From Octopus sinensis (taxonomy: Eukaryota): 64,000 nucleotides of DNA. Under the pieces are notes generated by a model. The model made no database searches and was not told where the DNA came from. It was given only the letters and a program-made list of their open reading frames with translations. Positions 54,188-64,000 of the stretch are shown here, in pieces. A program made the position numbers and the translations under genes. Each line of letters starts with the position of its first letter. Position 1 is the stretch's first letter. The stretch covers positions 105,276,001-105,340,000 of the forward strand of contig NC_042997.1 of NCBI RefSeq assembly GCF_006345805.1. Direction: 5' to 3'.

Positions 54188-54550
54188 TCTATATATACAA
54201 AGCTGAAGTTGTCTGTGCGTGGCAGGTTTGGTAGCCTTCAACTAACTCTATCTCCCACGAGACCCTGCGGCGCAAGTTGACCAAAATTAAGAGTATGATA
54301 GAAGAAAGCTTGCTCTTCATTCCGTAGAAGATAAAATTCAAATCGGACCATGTTAAGGCCAAAAATTATTTACATCAAATAGGTGCTTATTTCTCAATGA
54401 AAATCCCTATTTTTTACGATTTTTTTACTGTTGTGTCGCCATTTTCACTTAAAGACAATAACAACCTACATAATGCAAAATTTTTACTTTCCAAAAATTT
54501 TAATTCTAAAGGGTCGAAACAAACCGAGCAACGCCGGGCGATACTGCTAG
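54188..54550 (+). mobile_element. Non-autonomous Helitron
   Basis: 5' TC(TATATATACAAA), 3' GC-rich segment then CTAG, located between A and T with no target duplication. Confidence 0.7.
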
Positions 54551-54864
54551 TTAAATATAAAACACAAATTTTATCAGAAATAACATCGGTATGACAAAAG
54601 GTCGACTGGAATGGATCAGGTGACACAACGTTCCTGATTAAGCGTCCAGTTTCTCTTTTGTATTCTTTATTGGTGTCGATTTAAACATCGTACATGAGTA
54701 CCTCTTGTGTTATCATAAAAAGGTTAGGGATAACGTCTTCATCTTTGTCTTCCATTTTTTGCGGTGATAAAATAAGTACCAGTTGTGCACTGCGGTGCAT
54801 GTACTTGATTACCAGCTTCCACGAAATTTTTGATCTTGTGCCAATATTCAAAACCGTTATTAAA

Positions 54865-55517
54865 ACTGTTGTGAAGGCAACGACTTGGTAGAATCATTAG
54901 CACACCGGACGAAACGCATAGCGTTATTTCACCCGTCTATACATTCTGAGTTCAAATTCTGCCCAGATTGAGATTACCTTTCATCGTTTCGGGATTGCTA
55001 AAATAAGTACCACTTGGATGCTGGGGTCGATGCAATCAACTTAACCCTCCTCTTGAAATTGCTGGCCTTGTGCCAAAATGTGAAATCGTTATTATCATTA
55101 TTAAGTCGGTGAGCTGGCAGAATCTTTAGTACGCGAGACGAAATGCTTAGCATCATTCCATCTGTCTTTCCATTGAGTTCAAATTCCGCCGAGGTCGACT
55201 TCGCATTTTATCATTTCAGAGTCGATAAAATAAGTACCGGTTGAACAATGACACCAATGTAATCGACTTATCCCTTTTCTCGAAATTTCAGGCCTTGTGC
55301 TGTAATTTGAAAGCGTTCTTATTAAGGTAGTGAGCGCGCCGGACAAAATGCGCAACAGTACTTCTTCTGTCTTTACGATCTGAGTTCCACTTCTACCGAG
55401 GTTGATTCTGACTTTCATGTTTTCGAGGTCGATAAATTAAGAATTACTCAAGAAATTAACTAGGCCTCTCCCTCAAAATTTCAGGCTTTGAAAGTATTGT
55501 TATTATTATTATTATTA

Positions 55518-55552
<35 letters not shown>

Positions 55553-55690
55553 TATTATTATCATTATACTTAATATTATTATTTCGGGGCCGATGTAATA
55601 AGTACCAGCTGAGCTTTGGTGTAGTTGTAATCGACAAACACACACCTCCTGAAAATGACTGCTGGCTTCTGCCTAAATTTGAAACCGTTA
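54865..55690 (+). mobile_element. Tandem array of decayed SINE B (subfamily with GGCCTTGTGCCAAAA tail)
   Basis: Three units with GAGTTCAAATTC..GTCGATAAAATAAGTACC and ATT-rich tails, plus fragments. Confidence 0.82.
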
Positions 55691-56543
55691 TTATTATTTA
55701 TTAAGAAAATATTATTATTACTATTCTCACTATTTTCTTTATTATCTCTGTCTTCAACATGTTTAAACATTTACGATTTTTTGAACCGTCAATGCACATG
55801 TCAGTATGTCGGCTTGAATATTGCTTGCACAGGTGACTATTCGTAATATATCACCGGCTGTTTAATTTATAATTAGCTGTGCTTGTAAACGAGTATGATT
55901 TCTCCCTTCTCTCCATCACGCTCACTGTCACCTATTTTCTCTGTAGCTCTATATCTGTGTGTTAGTTTGTGTATGTGTTCGTACATGGAGTATACGCGTT
56001 TTCGAGTAGAATTGGGCAGAGATGCTAGGATATGATTTAGTGATTAAATATAGCACAGAAACAAGCATAGAAAAGAAACAAAATCGGAGTTGCATCTGAA
56101 TGAAACGAGCAAACATGTAGACTGTGAGAAAGCAAAAGGGAAACAAATCAAAGTCGCCAATGACAACATCAAAACCAATAGTGAAATAGAAAATACAAGG
56201 AAAGAAATCAGAAAAGATGTGAAAGAAACAACATAAATATGAAAGAAACAACAGTATGCAACATTCAACACGCACCGACTAAAAATTCATATCGTTAATT
56301 CTGTGTAGACCTGTGTATCAATTGTATTTTTATACTTCCATTCTTTCTCTCTCGCTCTCTCTCCTCCTCTTTCTGTCACCCTATCTATCAATCAGTCTTT
56401 ATAACTATATAACTATCTATCTATATAACTATGTATATAAATATGTGTCTATCTACCTCTCTCTCGCTTTCACTATCTAAGCCTCTATTTATCCTTCTCA
56501 ATATCTATTATTCTCTCTCTCTATCTCTGAGTATGCATGTATG

Positions 56544-56625
<82 letters not shown>

Positions 56626-56845
56626 TCAATATAGGGAGGCAAAAAAATTTTGTAGAATTCTTTTGCCTCCAGCGGCCTAGTGGGAAAAAATTAAATAGTC
56701 ATAAACCATTTTTAAGTTCAATATCACAATCAAGGAACGGCCATAATAGGCCATTCCCCACTAGAAATAACAGCCAAAAAGCTTCAACCGCAAAATAACA
56801 TTAATTCTGTAACCAGGAGAAAATTAAAAAAACATTTACCCTGAA

Positions 56846-56952
56846 ATTCCTTATACGATGCACCGTTTCGTCTACTGTTTAATGGTAAACTAACCTGATT
56901 AAATTAAATCAAGCCAATCTACCATAGGCCCTTAGATTCATCAGTAAGGAAT
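56846..56952 (-). ncRNA. Type I hammerhead ribozyme
   Basis: Reverse complement of 57276..57382; predicted cleavage between 56854 and 56853. Confidence 0.85.
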
Positions 56953-57275
56953 AGCCAAATCGGAACAGATATTTTTCACGAGGCATTCACGTCCATGCCT
57001 CGCCAATATCTGACCTAAAATTTTCAAATCGTCGCACTCGCGCCAAATTTATCGGCAGCAAATAAATATAAGCCGCCGATTCCATTACGGAACTAACCAG
57101 AAAATTCATAATTAATCAATATAGGGAGGCAAAAAAATTTTGTAGAATTCTTTTGCCTCCAGCGGCCTAGTGGGAAAAAATTAAATAGTCATAAACCATT
57201 TTTAAGTTCAATATCACAATCAAGGAACGGCATGGACGTGAATGCCTCGTGAAAAATATCTGTTCCGATTTGGCT

Positions 57276-57382
57276 ATTCCTTACTGATGAATCTAAGGGC
57301 CTATGGTAGATTGGCTTGATTTAATTTAATCAGGTTAGTTTACCATTAAACAGTAGACGAAACGGTGCATCGTATAAGGAAT
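57276..57382 (+). ncRNA. Type I hammerhead ribozyme
   Basis: ATTCCTTA-CTGATGA(57284-90)-A-TCTA..19-bp hairpin 57303-57346..TAGA-C-GAAA(57359-62)-CGG-TGCA-TCG-TA^(57374)-TAAGGAAT; 8-bp stem I, palindromic loop 3, A.C at 10.1/11.1. Confidence 0.87.
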
Positions 57383-57766
57383 TTCAGGGTAAATGTTTTT
57401 TTAATTTTCTCCTGGTTTACAGAATTAATGTTATTTTGCGGTTGAAGCTTTTTGGCTGTTATTTCTAGTGGGTGAATGGCCTATTATGGCCGTTCCTTGA
57501 TTGTGATATTGAACTTAAAAATGGTTTATGACTATTTAATTTTTTCCCACTAGGCCGCTGGAGGCAAAAGAATTCTACAAAATTTTTTTGCCTCCCTATA
57601 TTGATTAATTATGAATTTTCTGGTTAGTTCCGTAATGGAATCGGCGGCTTATATTATTTGCTGCCGATAAATTTGGCGCGAGTGCGACGATTTGAAAATT
57701 TTAGGTCAGATATTGGCGAGGCATGGACGTGAATGCCTCGTGAAAAATATCTGTTCCGATTTGGCT

Positions 57767-57873
57767 ATTCCTTACTGATGAATCTAAGGGCCTATGGTAG
57801 ATTGGCTTGATTTAATTTAATCAGGTTAGTTTACCATTAAACAGTAGACGAAACGGTGCATCGTATAAGGAAT
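57767..57873 (+). ncRNA. Type I hammerhead ribozyme
   Basis: Copy of 57276..57382 located 491 bp downstream; predicted cleavage after 57865. Confidence 0.87.
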
Positions 57874-57993
57874 TTCAGGGTAAATGTTTTTTTAATTTTC
57901 TCCTGGTTTACAGAATTAATGTTATTTTGCGGTTGAAGCTTTTTGGCTGTTATTTCTAGTGGGTGAATGGCCTATTATGGCCGTTCCTTGATT

Positions 57994-58041
<48 letters not shown>

Positions 58042-58044
58042 TAC

Positions 58045-58080
<36 letters not shown>

Positions 58081-58907
58081 ATACATCACTGTCTATCTCT
58101 ACCTACGTACTTCTCTCTCTCTCTCTCATTATTTATCTGTCTGTGAGTCTATATCTATGTATCTACATGGAAAAGTACGCTCTTTTGAATGCCATGGCAA
58201 AATCCACGCACAAAGACATGTAATTTGTCTTCATATTCTCTTCACTCATCCGTTGACAATAGACACACTTGATTCCACAGCTGACGTATTTCAATCAGCC
58301 ACTTTCCTGTTAGACTGCAAACAAAATACTCACTGTTTCAAATCCTAACGGACGCTGTTTCTCATAAGGGTTCCGACTTCGAATGACAAAAATTATTATT
58401 TACAATTAACTTCCCCATGTCATCTATGAGAGTAGGAGGAGCGTTACCAACCGACTGTGCAACGTTTCTCAAACCCGTCTACAACATTGTGACACAAAGT
58501 ACATCACAAACACCGATCTGCATTTATCTCAATACATGTTTCCGATATAAACTCTTTTTAATTATCCACTGTCTGGTTATTTTCTAATAAACCATATTCT
58601 TTACTACGCCCGGGCAAAAGGGAATCCGCTGGCATTACTTTCGGTGAATATGTTGACCATCCGTTGCCACCATGTCGCCCAATCTACCGCTGTGGGAAGA
58701 TACTGTTAAGGTAGTCCCTTACTGCCAAGGCATAAGTTTTGTAAAATGTATACCTATTCCTGGAACACCATATGCATGTATGTATGCAAACATGCATACG
58801 TATGTATGTATGTATGTATGTATTTATATATGTAAATTGGTAGCATATTTGGATAAACATGTAAATACTTTCTTTTACCTGTGATAAATTTCTGAAAGCA
58901 TTTCTTT

Positions 58908-59147
<240 letters not shown>

Positions 59148-59574
59148 TGTAAATATACAGACAGACAGATATACAAGTTTATTTGAAGTATAAGTGGCTA
59201 TATACATTTGTTGTAGGTATTTAAATTACCGGAAAATTTTGGCAATAAATGAAAACTCACCCAACTTCTTTGACTAGTTTTTGGTGGGTTATAAAATTTG
59301 AGAGCGAAGGGATTAAAACATGGGTACTGAATCTTGCAATTTAGAATATACCCCCAGCACTTTCGGAACACTGTTTGTGGTTTATTCGGAAGCTGTCAGG
59401 TTGCGGAGCAAAACTCGAGTGTTGTATGGAAACCTACTGTGCTAGATTGGAGACTATTTTTCGCTAAATTATAATAACAACAATACGATCTCTTTTAACT
59501 AAATAAAAAGTAATTCTGCCACACCTGTCGCCTTCATTTTCACCCACCAAACATATTCTTTTTTACAAGGCCCG

Positions 59575-60310
59575 TAATTTTTGAGGAGGGGGCCAGTCGA
59601 TTAGATCGACCCCAGTACACAATTGCTACTTAATCTATCGACCCCGAAAGGATGAAAGGCAATGTCGAACTCGGCGGAATTGAACTAAGTACGTAAAGTC
59701 AGAGGAATACCTATTTCTTTACTGTCCACAAGTGGTTACACACAGAGGGAACAAACAAGGATAGACAAACGGATTAAGTTGATTATATCGACCCCAGGGC
59801 GTAACTGGTACTTAATTTATCGACCCCGAAAGAATGAAAGGCAAAGTCGACCCCGGCGGAATTTGAACTCAGAACGTAACGGCAGACGAAATACCTATTT
59901 CTTTACTACCCACATGGGGCTAAACACAGAGACGACAAAGAAGGACAGACAAACGGATCAAGTCGATTATATCGACCCCAGTGCGTAAATGGTACTTCTT
60001 TAATCGACCCCGAAAGGATGAAAGGCCAAATCGACCTCGGCGGAATTTGAACTCAGAAAGTAGCGGCAGACGAAATACCTATTTCTATTTCTTTACTACC
60101 CACAAAGGGTTAAACACAGAGAGAACACACAAGGACAGACTAACGGATTAAGTCGATTATATCGACCCCAGTGCATAACTGGTACTTATTTGATCGACCC
60201 CGAAACGATGAAAGGCAAAGTTGACCTCGGCGGAATTTGAACTCAGTACGTAGCGGCAGACGAAATCCTACTAATCATAGGTATGTGCTAACGTTTCGCC
60301 GCCTTGCCCA
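59575..60310 (-). mobile_element. SINE B tandem array, four units, 184-bp period
   Basis: Junction AATAC|CTATTTC at 59710, 59894 and 60078. Confidence 0.92.
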
Positions 60311-61734
60311 CCAAGCGTATTACTTTCCTACAGTATTGCAATCAACAAACATTTCCAGAGAACAGCTGACATCGCAAATGAATGAGAATAGAGACAACAG
60401 CCGAGAAGGAATCGAACTTACAACTTAGAGTAAAACCATACACACATACCTAACACTTCTGATGTTTCCACTGAAGTTTTAATAAAGCTATTTTACTTCG
60501 TTGTGTAGTCCTAAATCGAACATTTGCAACGAAAGTATATATTCGATTTTATATCCCAAACCGTGTATAACTGTTACAATTCTATAGATCATGGTTTGGT
60601 AAAGAGACAAGTCGATCCCTTTCGAATTCTAAATAAAAAAAAAACTCGATACAACAGCTAGATCATATATGCATGTGTACGTACTTGTGGTTGTTTAAAT
60701 ATTACTTGGTTTGGCGCTATACTCATTGCTCCAAACTTCATTAAAAAATCGAAAGAAAAAGCACAACAAAATACGATATTCAACCTTATCTTAACATCAG
60801 GTCACATGTCGCTAACTCTTCTTACAGATGTTAAAGTTTTCACAGAGAGAGTTTACATATGGTCAGAATCTTTGTCACCGGAACTAAGGTATTTGGTTTG
60901 TAACTCATATAAAACAATTTCCGCAATTATCACTGACAGTATATTTTTCGGTTATTAAATCTTACTGTACATGTGCGTATTTCTGTTTCTTTGGATGTAC
61001 CTATACATACATACATACATACATACACATTGGATGTACCTATACATACATACATACATACACACAAATATGACCAAGCTCACTCATCTACAGTTATAAA
61101 TTCGTGTGTTTGTATGTATATATGTGTTTTTGCCAGGTACTTATGTTTATGGGAGAGAATACGTGTGAAAGAGAATAATAATTAGACATAAAGAGACAGA
61201 TAGACAAATAGATAGATATGTGATGCTCCAGCGTGTTTACATGTGTATGCAATCTGAAGCATATATATATATATATAGGTATGTATGTATATATAGGCAA
61301 TAAACTTTAGCAATAAACTTACACTAATAATATGTTTTATTTTCTTACGATGTAAATCTTCGAATGTACGATTTAAGTATGTGTGCTACCCGAGTGAGAA
61401 GATAAGAAGTTATGGACTGATTAGTATGGTGAGATAGGATACACATGACTTGTAGAGAGAGAAGTGTCAGTACTTGATGTTAGAGAAATAATCTATGGAT
61501 GGGTAAACTATCTTAGAAATCAAAACTTCATAAACAGAATGTTTTCCTAGATTCTGTCGTGTGGATAAGGGTAGGTACATTGTAAAAATACAAATGTAAA
61601 ACACGTGTTCTAAAATGTAGTGTATCTGCATTGTGTTGTAAAAACATGGAAACTGTGTTGAACGGTCTTCATTTTCTCATTGCTCGAATGCTAAGAGTGT
61701 TATCGATGAGATCTTGATTTATAGTTATTTTACC

Positions 61735-61870
61735 GGGGACTCAGATCGACCCAACTACTTATTGTTTAAGTCTGTAGTTTCTCTGTCAGTCTATTTTGCC
61801 GAACCACAAAGTTAAGGGAGCATAACATACCAACATTTATTTTCAAACGGTGTGGGAGAGAAACAAACAT
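61735..61870 (-). mobile_element. SINE family A, decayed fragment
   Basis: GATCGACCCAACTACTTATT..TATTTTGCCGAACCAC aligns to family A. Confidence 0.6.
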
Positions 61871-62612
61871 GTGTACAATAAAAGTGTACAATAGCCTTTT
61901 ATAGATACCTCGTTGGTTAACGCGTAAGCAATAAGCTGAAGGAATTCTTGGCAAGTCATTTCAGCTTAGCACAGTCTCTGAAATGTTCTTTACTCCCATA
62001 TCCTAGATTCATACTGTAAAACGACTTCAGTTCTTTTGCAAGATGCTTGAAAATAAAGATTTGGGAGGTATCTGGAGGTTAACTACACAAAATATTTTTT
62101 AAAATTGTATGGAAGATTAAGGTAACTTTCTGTTAAAAAATGTGTTTCAAATGACTTTCAGTCATGAGAAGATAATTGAATGTTGTTGTAGTTGTGGTTT
62201 TCAGCTCTCAGAAAACAATTGATAAAGGTTACTCCAACCTGTCCCATTTCAGTATACCCATAAGTGCATTATCCGCAGTTTTCTTTTTTTGTTTGTTTTC
62301 TTTCTTTCGGTAAGGAGGTCGATCATCCTTTACAAAAGCTTAGACCCCTATTTCTGGCAGGCCGTGCAAGAACAAAGAGGGCCTTGCATTGGCTCGTCCC
62401 ACCGGGCAGTTGTTTTAGGTGTAGAAAGAAGTGATTGAATTCTGTTCTGCTTTGTTGATGATCTAACTACAGTATTTTGGATATCAACAATAATTAACAG
62501 TTCGAATTCCGCTAAGGCTGACTTTGCCCTTCTTTCTTTCGGATTTGATGACGTAAGTACCAGCGAAACAATTGGATCGATTTAACTCCTCCCTTAACAC
62601 ATAAAGCACGAC

Positions 62613-62698
62613 GGGCCACGATCATGGCCATCAGGCACAGGTTAACAGGCCACGATCATGGCCGTCAGGCAAAGTTCAACAGGCCACGATCGTAGCCC
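62613..62698. repeat. About 34-bp minisatellite, 2.5 copies
   Basis: GGCCACGATCATGGCC.TCAGGCA..G.TAACA repeated. Confidence 0.85.
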
Positions 62699-63639
62699 AG
62701 AAAGATACATTTAATTTATAGGCGTTTGTTGGAGTCTAATGCCATTCAAAAGCTCCGATGCCCCCAGAATGCATGAGGCTAATAGTTCAACTAATTACAT
62801 TTCAGATGATGTAAAACTTGCCACCATTATATACCAAGAAAATATTTTAACTATATTTTTTTTATGTGTGCATCGTACTCTCATTTTCATAAAATGTGCT
62901 CAGCAGTCCATGCTATGTAAGTGCAAATCCCAGTGCTTTATGGGTTAATATTTCTGGCCTTGCTCCAAAACTTGAAACAAATATTGATTCCCAGCGCAGA
63001 GCTAATAAACCTAAGTATATTAGTACTGGTGCTTATTTCGTAGATTCAACATTTAAGTAAAAAATAATTTCATAATTGATAATTTTTTTTAAATTTGGAT
63101 TTCTAAAATATATGGTAAACGTAAAAAATAATTTTATAGCTACAAGCAAAAATACAGAGCAGCAAACTAAACACTATAGTATTTAAATACTTGCCCCTTT
63201 TATGATCTTATTTTAAATTCCAGTGATTTTGCTTTCAACATTCATACATCGAGATTCGTTAAATAGGAACTCATAAATTGGCTTCGATTTTCAGTCGGTT
63301 ATTTAAAACCTATTTATTTCTGTTACTGTACTGATCTTTATGATACGTGTTCAATTCCTTCGGAGTCAACGTTGCATTTAATCTTTTTCCTGTCGATAAA
63401 CAAAAGTACTGGAGCAAATTTTAACGTCTAATTAAGTTCTGTAAAAATTTCTTACCGTGTGCCTCACTGAGGAGCTAATATAGATGCGGTTTTGTGATCT
63501 AATAAAATATGAAACTCTAATCAATATATTAAGATTTCTGTAACGTCACCAATCTCGGAGAAACACATTTATATTTCAAATGCCCTTGCTCCGTTCAGTT
63601 TTCATACAGAATGTATGAGAGGAGCTGATGGTCGATTAT

Positions 63640-63770
63640 AAAGATTCTAGAGTTCAACTGGTACTTATTTTATCGACCCCAAAAGGATAAAGGGTAAAAT
63701 CGACATCGGCGGAATTTGAGCTATGAGCATAAAGATGGACGTAATATTGGTTTCAAATTTTGGCACAAAA
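63640..63770 (-). mobile_element. SINE B, decayed
   Basis: CTGGTACTTATTTTATCGACCCCAAAAGGATAAAGGG..GGCGGAATTTGAGC. Confidence 0.75.
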
Positions 63771-64000
63771 TGTATATATGTAAAGTTCACAAAAAGTTTC
63801 ACCTTACACAATTTGGAAATGAAATGGAGAATTAAGTGGAAGGAGGAACTTCACCCCGTTAATTATTTGAATCTCATCTATGGAATATATGTATATATAT
63901 ATATATTATTTACACACACAATGAAATTTAGTTATATGTTTATTCAAGGGAAGTAAATTAATACAAGGTTTACAAATAATTATTTATATATATATATATA

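Larger units (their letters stand above)
56621..58000. mobile_element. 491-bp HHR tandem unit, inverted concatemer in (TA)n (retrozyme-like, family 1)
   Basis: Minus arm 56621-57230 (about 1.25 units) and plus arm 57230-58000 (about 1.57 units); period 491 (CTGATGA at 57284 and 57775); GGC microhomology at the inversion; (TA)n at both ends. Confidence 0.92.

Overview
Repeat-dominated, AT-rich eukaryotic DNA, most likely intergenic or intronic sequence from an Octopus-like cephalopod (inferred from the tRNA-derived SINE families and microsatellite load, not proven). I cannot support any host protein-coding gene; nearly all ORF-track entries are translated microsatellites. Ordinary content: three tRNA-derived SINE families, CR1, RTE and Penelope-like retroelement fragments, mariner/Tc1 relics, MITEs and Helitron-like elements. 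The notable content is a set of type I hammerhead ribozymes (HHRs) in small non-coding elements inserted into (TA)n tracts. (1) At 56.6-58.0 kb a 491-bp unit is present as tandem and inverted concatemers with three HHR copies, which is retrozyme-like. (2) At 12.4-12.9 kb a strongly diverged 480-bp relative keeps the HHR, four hairpins and the same 3' end. (3) At 24.3-24.9 kb and 27.6-28.2 kb a second family forms head-to-head HHR pairs with covarying stems. Further decayed HHR-like motifs lie at 14.3, 16.3 and 29.4 kb, and a decayed Penelope-like RT lies at 43.6 kb. All folds were paired by eye. No cleavage, expression or database novelty has been tested.
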